A DNA stretch of 64,000 nt, from the NCBI GenBank assembly GCA_964016885.1, contig OZ024740.1:415214001-415278000 (forward strand), given 5' to 3'. How positions within the stretch are numbered: the stretch's first letter is position 1; each line of letters opens with the position of its first letter. Made by a program: the position numbers and the translations under genes. Below, piece after piece: positions 1-12,094 of the stretch. Source of the stretch: Eledone cirrhosa (taxonomy: Eukaryota). Under the pieces are notes generated by a model. It was given only the letters and a program-made list of their open reading frames with translations, was not told where the DNA came from and ran no database searches.

Positions 1-1302
1 AACAGAGGAGTTTAAGACCGGATGCCCATGGGAACTCCTGTATGCTGATGATCTCGCACTCATAGCTGAATCTTGGTAGAACTAGAGAAGAAATTCCAAA
101 CTTGGAAGCAGGGACTAGAAAGAAAGGGTCTCAAAGTCAACATGACAAAGACTAAGGTCCTTGTAAGTAGACGAGAAAACAGAACCCAGATCCCCTCAGG
201 GAAATGGCCTTGCTCAGTATGTAGGAAAGGTGTAGGTAGGAACTCCATTCTCTGCCCCAAATGCAAACAATGGGTACACAAGAGATGTAGCGGGATCTCA
301 GGGAGCTTAATTAAGAATGTAGGCTTCACATGCAGCAGCTGTGCTGGGACAGCAAGCAGCAAACAGCCACAGGAAACAAGTACCACCAATATATGGGAGG
401 GCTCTGTAGAAACAGTAGACAGCTTCTGCTACCTAGGTGACCGAATTAGCAGCGGAGGTGGGTGTTCAGAAAGTACAATAACTAGGGTAAGAACGGGATG
501 GAAGAAGTTTAGGGAACTACTACCACTGCTAGCTGCAAAAGGCTTCTCCCTCAAAATGAAAGGCAGACTGTATGATGCGTGTATCCGAACAGCCATGTTG
601 CATGGTAGTGAGACCTGGGCGCTGAAGGTGGAAGACTTACGTAGATTAGAGAGAAACGAAGCCTGCATGCTCCGATGGATGTGTAACAGTAATATACGCG
701 AACGACAAAGCATAAATGAATTGAGAGAGAGACTGAGCATAAGAGGAATTAAATGCTGTGTGCAGGAGAGGCGGTTGCGCTGGTATGGACATGTGATGCG
801 TATGAAGGATGACAGCTGCATAAAAAGGTGCAGAGCACTAGAAGTCGATGTAAACCGCGGAGTGGGGAGACCCAAGATGTCCTGGGATGAGGTGATAAAA
901 GTCTACCTTACCCAATTACACCTCTCAAAGGCAATGACACACGACCGTGACCTCTGGCGTCACGCAGTAATACAGAGTACCCGACCGCCCATGAGTACAA
1001 GCTGAAGCATATAGACAATATGCCCCCACACCCCCCACCGCAAGGTGGTCGTGGAGGTGCCATGGCAAAAAAGCACCCAGGCCACACTGTAAAGTGGACG
1101 TGTAGGCGTCACGAAAAAGCACCCAGCACTCACTGTAAATGAGGTTGGTGTTAGGAAGGGCATCCAGCTGTAGAAATCAAGCCAAATCAGTTCCTGTATG
1201 AGAAAGGCATGGTCAGCCGACCAGACACTGCCCACAACAGGACAACCCGTCTAACCCATGCTAGCGTGGAAGAACGGACGTAAAACGGTGATGATGATGA
1301 TG
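1..1302 (+). mobile_element. RTE-clade LINE, 3' portion (RT C-terminus with PHD-like insert, 3' UTR, (GAT)n tail)
   Basis: Reads ELLYADD near the window start; ORF 73-1005 has FCYLG, YGSETW-like LHGSETW and RRLRWYGHVMR; 3' UTR has ~48-bp repeats and ends in gatgatgatga. Confidence 0.9.
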
Positions 1303-4201
1303 AAATTAAAAGAAAAAAGGAAAAAAGGAAGAAAGGGAAGTGATAAATAGGAATGATATAGAATGAGTAACTAGTATTATATAATGTATAATAAATAACA
1401 TTGAAATAAGGTAGAAAGATGGGTATATTTTTAAAGAAATATATATATATATATATGTGCCTTTGAGAAAAAGGATTTTAAATTGGTAAAGTATTAGATA
1501 TTAGCTGTATACTTTATGGAATGTTCTGTGGAATTTATGCAAGCAGAGAGAAAACAAGTCAGTGCGTCTATTTATTATAGAATCTAAATTAGATATAATG
1601 GTAAATTTCTCACATAAACAGAGATTATATGTTTTGGATAGAGAGGCATTCAAGTATGGAGAGGCAGAACAAATCTTCCCCCAAGAGATGTTATAGTTAA
1701 TATTTTTGTCTTTCAAGGACCATATGAGTCCTGAGAGTGCCGTGTTGGTTCTTTTAAGTTGGTATTTAAAAGACGAATGATGATTATAAAGACGAGCTTT
1801 AAAGGAGGTGGAAGTGGAGCCAAATTAGGTAAAGGAATTGGTGTCAGTTATAACTTTACATTCATAGATTAAGTTTTTTTCAAGACAATGGTTGTTGAGA
1901 GGACATTTATTTTTAACAGGGCAATTACAATTGCGATTAGAGAAATTAACAGAGTTATTAACAAGTGACCTCGTGTTATCTATAGGAGGGATTGGATTGG
2001 AGAAGTTATTTACGATAGGAATAATAGTTTCTTGATTTAGATTGGGATTAAGAACATTTAATGAAGTTGCGTTTGACGTTGTATTTGGGTTTGCAGAAAT
2101 TAGCATAGAGTTAACAATGACGTCGGGAGTACTATTACTATTATTATGATATTTAGTGTTGGAAGGAAGAGATTTAGTATTTAGTATTTTATTGTTGTGT
2201 TTAGAGATAATGTTGGAGATGTTGGAGGAGGTCGAATAGGAACATTTTATAGTGTGTTTATTAAATATTTTACTATAGATATGTGAGGGAGGGAAGCATT
2301 TATTTAAAGCACTAAAAATAATTTAGGAATATTATTATTAATAGAGATGGATTGGATTGGATAAGGCGGTGGATTGGCAGTATCGGTAGAGGATCGGACG
2401 CCATGCTTTCCAGCATAGTTACGTCCCTTTACGATCTAAGTTCAAATCCTGCCGAGGTTGACTTTGCCTTTCATCCTTACGGGGTCGATAAAATAAAGTA
2501 CCAGTAATGCACTGGGTAATTGCTGGCCTTGTGCCTAAAGTAGAAACAATTATTATTAATAGAGATGGAGAAAGGAGCATTATACCAGATTATGTTTTTG
2601 TATCTAGGTCTTTTATTTGAAGTTATTGGAATGATCATGATTAATTATTTTACTGTAAGATCTTCTAGGATTTGTTTCTTTACTGTATTTGATTTTATCA
2701 GGATAACCGGCTTTAGAAAGCGCGTTATTATAATAATTGGCGTTAGCATCAAAGATGTTTTTATTAGATGATAGGTTGGATATTCTTTTTCCAATATTAC
2801 TAACTATAGCATTCTTAATATTAGTGGGGTGGTTAGATTTAAAATTAACATAATTTAGATTCTCATTGTTTTTATGGTAAGGGTAATATAGGCCAGTATC
2901 AAGATTAAGAGATATATCCAAGAAGTTAGCTAGTTTGATGTTGTTATCAAATTCAATTTTTAAGTTATGTTGGTTAAAGAGATTACGTATATTGTTCTTA
3001 ATAATATTAAGGTTAACTATGTTGCAATTTAAGATAGTAAAAAGTCTATCGTCACGATAAATTCCACCGCGAAGTTGAGGAATTTTTCGATTCAAAGAGT
3101 TCAAAATAAAGATACCAATTAAATCTGTCAATTGGGATGAATCGGATGCACCCATTGTAATGTCAAAGTTGTTAGAGGTATCAGCTCTGGTCCAATATTC
3201 ATTGTTGAACTCTAAGATGGTTTTACGTGCGGTGAGAATGATGTGAAGTTCATCTGATGTCTGAATATTTGTAAGCGAAAGATAGAGCATTGTTGAGAAG
3301 TGAGGGCGAAATAGAATAGTAGCTGGCAATATCAAATTGAATAAATTTTTTTTTGTTTTTCTTATTCAATTTGTTGAACTAGTCAATCACTTCAGAAGTA
3401 CCAAATCATAAATTTAAGTTAGAAGTAGAGCAATTAGAACGAACCTGTGGGATAATTCTATCCAAGATGGCTTTGCTAACAACCCCCAGATCTGATTTAG
3501 AGGGGGCGATTAGTCTAACAGGTAGTTCAGTACGAAAGTTGTTTTTGTGATCCTTGAGATTTATCTTCGGAGTTCTTGGGAGGAATGGTTCGGTCTTATT
3601 TTTGATGCCAAGTTTTGACATAATCTCAGAAGCTTCAAAGTTTATGGATTCTAAACTATCATGATTTATATATATTTTTTCCTAAGTTCCTTAAGGATAA
3701 AGTTGTTATAGTTATCCTTAGATATACCATATAAATTATTTGTTTTGTCGGAGTGGACTAAAACATTTTTTGAGGAATTTAGGTTTAAAATCGTATTCTT
3801 GAGATTTACAAGGTGCTCTTGTCCTCTGTAAGGGTTTCTCTTGAATTTAAGATTTTTTATAATGTTAGTTAACTCCTCCTCGAATTGCACTAGATTTTTT
3901 GTTGGAAGGAGGATTTCTTCTAGAATTAAATAAATGATCGAAAAAGTTATGTTCCTTGGTATAGAAGTTCCCTTTTAGGCGCTGGTCATAGAAAAAAGCT
4001 ATCCATCTAAGCCTTCTCATAAAGGAGTCAGTTTTTTTTAATTAGAAGTTTGGTGAATTCAGATTTACCAGGTATAGGAATGTCTTTAGTTGAAGTGGTT
4101 ATGTTGTAATAATCCATGTTGTAGAAGAAAACAAATAATTTATATGGTATATCTAAGGATAACTATAAGAACCTTATCCTTAAGGAACTTAGGAAAAAAT
4201 A
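1303..4201 (-). mobile_element. Penelope-like element, Naiad-type, degenerate (RT + GIY-YIG), with 5' inverted segment
   Basis: ORF fragments KDIPIP, HSDKTNNLY, LKDHKNNF..PVRLI, FDITMGA, IYRDD, FLDISLNL, CNCPVKNKC (CxCx5C), LIYECKV, CLCEK; many stops and frameshifts. Confidence 0.88.
2352..2550 (+). mobile_element. tRNA-derived SINE (Nin-domain type) inserted in the Penelope element
   Basis: B-box-like gttcaaatcc; core gcctttcatccttacggggtcgataaaataaagtacc; flanked by duplicated tattattaatagagatgga. Further copies near 13735-13915(-), 25600-25815, 34490-34900, 40590-41050, 42330-42860, 43153-43330, 43645-43850 and 60290-60425. Confidence 0.85.
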
Positions 4202-4690
4202 GTCCCAGCGTGTTTAAGAGCAGTGAACCAGTGGCCTCTGAGGGACGAGCTGCTAGAAAGGGCAGCCCAAAACCACTCAGAGAAGTGTTCTCAACCAAAC
4301 AGAGGGATATGAAAGACTGTTATAAGGAGCGAAATATCACGATAAATTAACGGAGCCATAGACCCTCGCCATTCCCTGTAAATAATGTGCTCAAAGGAGA
4401 AGAAATCCTGAGCTCTTTAAAATACAATATGTTGAAAAGGTAACACACTAGAGAGAGATATACAGTGCGCTATCAATAAAACAGGGAAAAAACCACCAGT
4501 GTATGGAATCTATAACCTATGAAAGGCAGACTATAATTAAAACACGATAATTAAAAATATAAATTAAAGCGTAAATAAATACCTCTATAACTATATAACA
4601 CACGTACAAATCTAGACATCTAATCGCCAGTAAGTTGTTGACAGAAATGGAATAACCCCGGTTCCTCAGCTTCAGACAACACTAAGAGAA

Positions 4691-4786
4691 TTTTGGCGCC
4701 AAACTTTTCCTTTTGAAAGAAAAATGGTGCCAAACTTTTCCTTCTGAAAGAATACTGTGATTTGTCACGTGATTGTGTTCACGTGA
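4691..4786. promoter_or_regulatory. Candidate promoter with E2F site, CHR-like TTTGAA and two TCACGTGA E-boxes
   Basis: TTTTGGCGCCAAA at 4691-4703, TTTGAA at 4712-4717, GTCACGTGAT at 4764-4773, TCACGTGA at 4779-4786; non-repetitive, relatively CpG-rich stretch. Confidence 0.45.
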
Positions 4787-4876
4787 TATTACCTCAAAAT
4801 ATGTGAATACGTACACAGCATTCTCCTCACGAAGGGCGAAAGTGGCGATCGCAAACATATATACATATACTCACAA

Positions 4877-4921
<45 letters not shown>

Positions 4922-5033
4922 CAGAAACACACATACAATAACGACGAGTACTACGATTCTGGAGGAGCGAATGATGGAGGAGATGAAACTATCTGCCGCA
5001 GAATAAATAGTATTTAATTTTAATAATAATACT

Positions 5034-5068
<35 letters not shown>

Positions 5069-5210
5069 TTTCGACATGGCACCCGTGATTTCGATTTAGA
5101 TTAAATTCATTTTATCGTAATTTTGGATTTAGATATATATATCTCATTCTGAGACTGCTGGAATTTCAAATTTGGCGGTCATTCTGATACGGAGAGAGAC
5201 AATCGCTGAC

Positions 5211-5227
5211 ATGGGATTAAAACATCG
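5211..5227 (+). other. Candidate first exon end (ATG GGA TTA AAA CAT CG | gtaaga), possibly of PIGC
   Basis: ATG followed by a good donor at 5228, downstream of promoter-like motifs; no homology support. Confidence 0.3.
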
Positions 5228-6363
5228 GTAAGAGAATTTTTTTTATATCGATGTTTGACGGGCATCCACTGATGATTTATAAGTGCCCACCTGCATATAT
5301 TCCTACGGAATGTTGTGAAGGCTTCTACATAACCCGGACACATTCTCCCAACTTGTAGAAAACTTATAATGAAACAATTGTTTGGAAAAAGAGATATATT
5401 TTAATTATGTCTCATATAAAATAATATTACTGGTCTTCCGCAAAATACATATAGTTAGCACCCCAAACGTAAAATTGGGATTATACTAAGGTATATCCTA
5501 ATGTTTGTTGAGCGAGATGGAAGCCAGTCAGAGTATAGCTTAAGGCTTTCTCTGTTAATGTATTGAATATATATATTTCTTAATTGAATTGATTATCATT
5601 ATCGTTTTTATGGCAAAAGATAGACAGAGGGAAAGATTTTGACATATATATATATATATGATAGAAAGAAGAGAAAAAACGAGACCCTTAGAAACGAATA
5701 AGAGTCATCAAAGCGATCATATGTATTGCTTTAAACTGTAATGCGAAGGGATACACTAGTATTTGAGGTACCATCATTTGTGATTTTAACCCTCGGACTT
5801 TTCCCTCCCAGTTTTGAAATTTAGGGGTGACTGGGAATATTACATAATGTAGGGATTTTCTTTTCATTTTCTATCATTTCTTATTTATGTATTTATATAT
5901 TTATTTATCTACTCTCGTGATTGATATTCCGACAAATGTTAGGGGTGTATTTTGGTTTTTTATTATGTCAGGTATAGCATCCAAAAATTTCTCCCTTCCC
6001 CCAATATATATATATATATACAAATACAGTGTCCAAAAAAATGTATACACACTTCAACAGCAAAGTAATCAAAGCGTGTATATATTTTGGAGGGGGCACC
6101 GTTAGTATATATATATGTGTGTGTATGTGTAACTAGTAAAACTGTAAAAACGCAGCGGTATATTCTAATTTGGCCCTTTTAAGGGCCACCTATATTTTCA
6201 TTTAAGTAACTCCACTTACATCTATATGCTTTAATAAAAAAAAAAATGTTGATGTGTTCGTTGCAACGGAAAGATGTGGTTTCTTCTGTGTTGATGTCCT
6301 TAAACGTTCGGGTCACCATTTATAACGCGATTTGTTGTATCGTATCACGTCGGGGTCACCATT

Positions 6364-6765
6364 TATAACGGGTTTTAGGGTCAATTCTTGGTATACATAA
6401 TAGAAATCAGAAGGCATTTAGAACATTGACTAAATCCATTATCGATGTTGTAACTCTATTTATTAGTTGTACAGGTTGAACGGATACATTAGGTACAGGT
6501 AGTATCTACATGTGTAGGATGTAGTTTGGTCCGCTTCATTGCAAGATGGAGATGTTGTTAGCAGCAAGGAGTGTAGCCTGGTCTTGTCGATAAGAGAGGT
6601 GCGTGTAGACTAATGTCTCTCTTGGTTACCTCCGCTCACCTGGTGACGTAGTTCTGGACAGTCCAATTAGTGCACCGAAGGTTTCGATTGGCTCACACTT
6701 CAGCCAACTTACCTCCGTAACACCATTCCGCCGCAGAAGGAAAATACATTTCATTCACTGCTACA
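6364..6765 (-). repeat. 3' LTR (402 bp) of the CsRn1-type element
   Basis: Direct repeat of 11693-12094; begins TGTAGCAG on -, preceded by purine tract AAGCAGGGGGTGA. Confidence 0.92.
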
Positions 6766-6987
6766 TCACCCCCTGCTTAGGCTTACAGCCGACAGAGAAA
6801 TAAGGGTAGCAGTTGAATGAAAGAAAAAGTACTATATAATAGTAAACACAATAAAATATATCACTGATAAAGAAATGTTCATATTACAGGAAAGTCAGAA
6901 ATAGTGTAATGTTCACCTTAGTTCATACATTTAATACAAATACAAGGGCGGAGCAAACTCCAAGAAGATTGCTGTAAATAACATAGT

Positions 6988-9900
6988 TCATATATAAAGA
7001 GTCTTGCAAAGCTTCTTGGGCCAATGTACTCGCCGACCGCTACGTGTGGTGGTGACATATGTAGGTGTAGGTGTGTGCGATGTTATATGTGTATTGTGGC
7101 TTGGCTGATGCCAGGTGTATGTGGGGGGAAAATGGGGCTCTTGTGTGAGAGTGTCTGTATAGGCCCGTTTTACCCTGTCAATGGACACAGTCTCTTTTTT
7201 ACCCCCAATGTCTAGGGTGAATAGCTTATCTGTGCGCTCAAGCACGCGATAGGGACCGGTATAAGGTGGCATGAGAGGAGCTCTCACGGCGTCCTTTCGT
7301 AAAAAGACGTGGGTCCATGAAGCAATGTCTTTCGGGACCGAAGATTTGATTGTCTGTTGGCGAGGGTGCATTGGCGGAAGATTGCTCACATACAGAGCTG
7401 GGTCTGTTGCTGGTAGGTCCAATGGAGCTAACATCTGACCAGGCAGAGATATAGGCACTCCGTAAACCAACTCGGCGGGGGAGTAGCCTAGATCTTCCTT
7501 GATGGCTGCACGACAGCCCAGGAGGACAATTGGTACATATTCGCTCCACCGCTGCTGATCCGGATAAGCGCGCAGTGCGGCTTTCAATTGGCGGTGGAAG
7601 CGTTCAATCATTCCGTTAGAAGCTGGATGGTAGCTGGTCGTTCGAATGCGTTGCATTCCCAGGATCCTTGAAAGCTCTCGGAAAAGGTGTGACTCAAATT
7701 GTCCACCGCGGTCAGTGGTGATAGTGGCTGGAACTCCGTAACGCGATATCCAACCCGATACTAGAGCTCGCGCCACAGATTCCGCCGAAATGTCACTTAA
7801 AGGAATGGCCTCAGGCCAACGTGTGAAGCGATCTATGCAGGTCAGGAGGTATGTAAATCCTCGGCTGACCGGCCATGGTCCGACAAGATCTATATGGACA
7901 TGGCTGAACCTAGCGTCTGGAGTGCTGAAAGTTCCAAGGGGTGCGCGGATGTGTTTGTGCACCTTTGACTTTTGGCAGGATAGGCAGGAACGTGTCCAGG
8001 CAGTGATGTCACGCCTCATATTAGGCCAGAAGAATCTAGCCGAAATGAGCTTCACTGTGGTCGATATTCCAGGGTGTGCCAGACCGTGCAAGGTGTCGAA
8101 AACTGCTCGACGATGAGTCACTGGCACTAGAGGGCGAGGTGCATCTGTCGAGGTGTCGCAGATAATCTGTGTGTCCGAAGTGGGCACAGGCAGATATGCA
8201 AATTTGCCAGTTGCAAATTCAGAAGACGAGAGGTCCAAAGTATCCAGAGGTGGTTGTTCTGTGGCCATTCGTTGGAGGTCGATTTCCGCTGGCGATGACA
8301 GGGAATTAATTGGGAGGCGAGACAGTGCATCTGCCGCCGCATTCTGTTCACCAGAGATGTGTCGGATATCGCTGGTAAATTGCGAAACGAAGTCCAAGTG
8401 GCGAGTTTCGCGAGGTGAATATTTGTCCGGCTTAGAACGCAGTGCGAACGTAAGCGGACGGTGGTCAGTGTATATAACAAATTGGCGACCCTCCAGTGAA
8501 TGCCGAAAGTGTTTCACTGCAAGGTACATAGCCAAGAGTTCACGGCCGAATGTGCTATACCGTGTTTCTGCAGGCTTCAGCTGTTTAGAAAAGTAGGCAA
8601 GAGGTTGTAACTGTTGTTGATGATGTTGTTGCAGTACTGCACCTACAGCTGTGCCTGATGCATCAACAACCAGTGAAAACTGGGCACCAGACACAGGATG
8701 TGCAAGCAGTGATGTCTCCGCAAGCTTCCGCTTCACTTCGTCGAAGGCTTTTAGCTGATTCGTGTCCAATGAAATGGAATCGTTCTTCTTTTTCCTGTTA
8801 CGTAACAGGTCGGACAGAGGAGACAGGAGATCCGCACAGTGTGGGATAAAGCGCCTGTAATAGTTCAGTAGCCCAAGAAAATGTCGTAGTTGACGAAGTG
8901 AAGTGGGTGGTTGGAGGTCTTGTACCGCTTTCACTTTATCAGGTAGTGGCGAAATTCCTTCTGGGCTGATGACATGGCCCAAGAAGACAAGTGAGGAAGC
9001 ACCGAAAACACATTTTGCCGGATTAATTCTCACTTGGTATTTTTGAAATCTCTCGAACAGGAGACGGAGGTGAGTGACATGTTCCTCAGGTGAGGCACTT
9101 GCCACAAGAATGTCGTCGATGTAGTTGTACACGAAGTCTAAATCGCGCACAACTTCATCCATAAATCGTTGGAACGTGCTGGCTGCGTTTCGCAAACCGA
9201 AAGGCATGGTCAAAAATTCAAACGCTCCAAATGGAGTTGTTACTGCAGTTTTAGGTATGTATGCCGGGTTCACCGGGATTTGGTGGTATGCTTTGACCAA
9301 ATCCAATTTGGAGAATATGTTGCATCCATGCAGCGAAGATGCAAAATCCTGTATGTGTGGTATCGGGTAGCGGTCGGGTACCGTCATTGCATTTAACCGG
9401 CGAAAGTCCCCAGTGGGACGCCAATCACCGGAACGCTTTGGTACCAAATGCAAGGGTGCGGCCCACGGGCTTGAGGATGGGCGAATGATCCCCAGCTGCA
9501 GCATGTGATTGAATTCAGCCCTTGCGGCCTTCAGTTTCTCAGCAGAGAGACGGCGAGGGCGCGAAAACACAGGAGCTCCGGATGTTTCAATGTGGTGCTT
9601 GGTGGAGTGAGTAGGCTCACTCATCACAAAATTCAAATTTGTTAATTCCGGGAAGGAATGCAAAAGTGATTGGTAAGGATTTTCTGTAGCAGCGATAAAG
9701 AAGACCGGGCTGACCGACGAGACAGTCGATCTGGTACCCGGCACAGACAGTTCTGTGTTGGCATCCAACAACCGGCGTCTGCGCATATCCACTATCAAGT
9801 TATAGTGGTGCAGGAAATCTGAGCCTAGGATGGGGTAAGGCAGATCAGCAACAGTGAAGATCCACGTGAAATCTCTACGCAATTCCAGGTTCAAAGAACG

Positions 9901-10146
9901 AGAAATCTGACCGTACGTGGGGATCGGTGACTGGTTTACTGCTTGCAGAGAGACGGTTGAGAGTTGGGGCTTCTCTTTGAGAAGTTTTAGCGGCCAAATG
10001 CTACAAGCCGCGCCGGTGTCGATCAGACAACGTGCCTGCGACTCAGTGTCTGTGATGAAAAACACACGGTTATTAGGGAGGGTCAGAGGAGACTGTGCCG
10101 TGCTCAGGTCTCCTGAAATCTGTTTCCCTGGTCCGAAAATGTACAA
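6988..10146 (-). CDS. pol: Gypsy pol: protease, RT, RNase H, integrase
   Basis: 1052-aa open ORF with IDTGA, MPFGL, YIDD, VDAS, HHCC zinc finger and DLVG/TDRG/MIER integrase motifs. Confidence 0.96.
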   Translation of the reverse strand: MYIFGPGKQISGDLSTAQSPLTLPNNRVFFITDTESQARCLIDTGAACSIWPLKLLKEKPQLSTVSLQAVNQSPIPTYGQISRSLNLELRRDFTWIFTVADLPYPILGSDFLHHYNLIVDMRRRRLLDANTELSVPGTRSTVSSVSPVFFIAATENPYQSLLHSFPELTNLNFVMSEPTHSTKHHIETSGAPVFSRPRRLSAEKLKAARAEFNHMLQLGIIRPSSSPWAAPLHLVPKRSGDWRPTGDFRRLNAMTVPDRYPIPHIQDFASSLHGCNIFSKLDLVKAYHQIPVNPAYIPKTAVTTPFGAFEFLTMPFGLRNAASTFQRFMDEVVRDLDFVYNYIDDILVASASPEEHVTHLRLLFERFQKYQVRINPAKCVFGASSLVFLGHVISPEGISPLPDKVKAVQDLQPPTSLRQLRHFLGLLNYYRRFIPHCADLLSPLSDLLRNRKKKNDSISLDTNQLKAFDEVKRKLAETSLLAHPVSGAQFSLVVDASGTAVGAVLQQHHQQQLQPLAYFSKQLKPAETRYSTFGRELLAMYLAVKHFRHSLEGRQFVIYTDHRPLTFALRSKPDKYSPRETRHLDFVSQFTSDIRHISGEQNAAADALSRLPINSLSSPAEIDLQRMATEQPPLDTLDLSSSEFATGKFAYLPVPTSDTQIICDTSTDAPRPLVPVTHRRAVFDTLHGLAHPGISTTVKLISARFFWPNMRRDITAWTRSCLSCQKSKVHKHIRAPLGTFSTPDARFSHVHIDLVGPWPVSRGFTYLLTCIDRFTRWPEAIPLSDISAESVARALVSGWISRYGVPATITTDRGGQFESHLFRELSRILGMQRIRTTSYHPASNGMIERFHRQLKAALRAYPDQQRWSEYVPIVLLGCRAAIKEDLGYSPAELVYGVPISLPGQMLAPLDLPATDPALYVSNLPPMHPRQQTIKSSVPKDIASWTHVFLRKDAVRAPLMPPYTGPYRVLERTDKLFTLDIGGKKETVSIDRVKRAYTDTLTQEPHFPPTYTWHQPSHNTHITSHTPTPTYVTTTRSGRRVHWPKKLCKTLYI

Positions 10147-11012
10147 GGCTGTTTACAGGAGCGTGCTGCTGCGCCAAAACGGCTGTGGTAGTAACACAAA
10201 CCTGAACTGCTTGTGTGACGGCGTCGTGGCGAGGGTGAACGGCTCTGGAAACGGCGTCTGGGCGAATGAGCCCTGTGAGTGCTTAGTTTTCTCACTTCCT
10301 TGGTTAGCTGCTCTATTGCTTGCAGCATTGCTGCATTTGCAAGTGACTGGTCGGTATAACTGGCAGCCGCTGGAGTGAAGGAAGCGACCGCAGTCGGCGG
10401 CTGGGATGCATTGAAGGAGACAGGAGCGAACGGATTGACCGCAGCCGGTGGCTGGGGTGCCTGGAAGGAGGCAGGAGAGAACGGATTGACCGCAGCCGGT
10501 GGCTGAGGTGCCTGGAAGGGGGCAAATGAGGCTGGGTGTCCGATGACACTCATAACCCTGTCGGCCGAAGCCGCTAGCTGGTCGACAGGAGCAGCCTCCA
10601 TCATGGGCGCTAAGATCGCCTGAACTCCGGGGGGTAGCCTTGAGACAAAAAGCTGTCTAAGGAGGGCACTGTCAGCTGGGGCATCTTCCGCCAGCTCTCT
10701 CATCCGACGCAGTAGTTGTGTGGGCGTCCGATCACCCAAATGTTCGTCATTGACGAGCGTCTGAAATTTTTTTTCTGCGGACAATGTGGTCCGCCGCAAC
10801 ACTTCGAGCTTCACGCTCTCATAGGTGGCCCCAGGACGAGGATCTGTAATTAAGTCTTTGACGACCGACGTCAATGACGCTGGAAAAGCGCTTAACAGGA
10901 GATTTAACTGTCTGTGGTCACTGGTGATGTTATTCGCTGTGAAATGTGCTTCTATCTGGGCGAACCAGACAGTGACGTCACCGGTAAACGGTGGCAATGA
11001 AGTGCTACCCAT
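10104..11012 (-). CDS. gag: Gypsy gag with CHCC knuckle
   Basis: [26 protein letters not shown] and [18 protein letters not shown]; overlaps pol with slippery G GGA AAC (plus-strand 10122-10128); internal 51-bp coding repeats. Confidence 0.92.
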   Translation of the reverse strand: MGSTSLPPFTGDVTVWFAQIEAHFTANNITSDHRQLNLLLSAFPASLTSVVKDLITDPRPGATYESVKLEVLRRTTLSAEKKFQTLVNDEHLGDRTPTQLLRRMRELAEDAPADSALLRQLFVSRLPPGVQAILAPMMEAAPVDQLAASADRVMSVIGHPASFAPFQAPQPPAAVNPFSPASFQAPQPPAAVNPFAPVSFNASQPPTAVASFTPAAASYTDQSLANAAMLQAIEQLTKEVRKLSTHRAHSPRRRFQSRSPSPRRRHTSSSGLCYYHSRFGAAARSCKQPCTFSDQGNRFQET

Positions 11013-11692
11013 TGTGTATACTGATGTAAAAGCAAAGGGCAAAGAAAGGACAACTCTGCACTTGTCACCGAGACAAAAGTGAAAATTCAGGCCAAGAAAA
11101 AATATAATCCGAGTGAAAGACAGAAAAAGAAAAATATATCAAAAACAATGTTGGAGGGAAAAACGTCAAGCTTTAAAAAAAAAAAAAATTATGATTTATC
11201 TTTGTCCTATTATTTTTTTTTTTTTTTTTTTTTTGTGTACTATTCAAAATGGCGTTGCCTCCGTCATTTTGGCGGGAAAACAGCTGAAGAAGACGGAAGT
11301 CGGCCATCTTGCTCTGACTGGCTATCGGCGCCAACAGTTTTTTTTATTTATTTTTTTTGTTTTTTTTATAGCGTCGCCCAATCAGAAATTGAGAGGAAAA
11401 AATAAGATTTTTGTATTAACGCATGTGTTCGGTGATGTTAGAAAGTGAAGGTGTGATGTGCAGATTTAGTAACAATAAGACAATATATCAAATACATATT
11501 AGGACTCAAGCTAATCGCGTACATACCCCGAGAAAAGGCGAGTGGCTTTTTTTTTGGGGGGGGGGGGATGCGAAATGTTGATGTGTTCGTTGCAACGGAA
11601 AGATGTGGTTTCTTCTGTGTTGATGTCCTTAAACGTTCGGGTCACCATTTATAACGCGATTTGTTGTATCGTATCACGTCGGGGTCACCATT

Positions 11693-12094
11693 TATAACGG
11701 GTTTTAGGGTCAATTCTTGGTATACATAATAGAAATCAGAAGGCATTTAGAACATTGACTAAATCCATTATCGATGTTGTAACTCTATTTATTAGTTGTA
11801 CAGGTTGAACGGATACATTAGGTACAGGTAGTATCTACATGTGTAGGATGTAGTTTGGTCCGCTTCATTGCAAGATGGAGATGTTGTTAGCAGCAAGGAG
11901 TGTAGCCTGGTCTTGTCGATAAGAGAGGTGCGTGTAGACTAATGTCTCTCTTGGTTACCTCCGCTCACCTGGTGACGTAGTTCTGGACAGTCCAATTAGT
12001 GCACCGAAGGTTTCGATTGGCTCACACTTCAGCCAACTTACCTCCGTAACACCATTCCGCCGCAGAAGGAAAATACATTTCATTCACTGCTACA
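11693..12094 (-). repeat. 5' LTR (402 bp) of the CsRn1-type element
   Basis: Followed on - by PBS TGGTGACCCCGACGTGAT, complementary to the tRNA-Trp 3' end. Confidence 0.92.

Larger units (their letters stand above)
6364..12094 (-). mobile_element. Gypsy LTR retrotransposon, CsRn1-type, apparently intact
   Basis: LTRs 6364-6765 and 11693-12094 look identical; tRNA-Trp PBS at 11673-11690; PPT at 6766-6778; open gag and pol. Confidence 0.95.

Noticed and set aside
4503-4550. YERQ peptide as the missing PIGC N-terminal exon
   Set aside because: Lacks the upstream W/K/L and the PDNY motif, and ends in a stop
6172-6190. Histone gene ending at the stem-loop
   Set aside because: No histone ORF upstream of either copy
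6344-6361. tRNA-Trp gene
   Set aside because: Only the 3' 18 nt including CCA are present; it is a retrotransposon PBS
7024-10378. Plus-strand ORFs over Gypsy pol
   Set aside because: Antisense shadows of a GC-richer coding sequence
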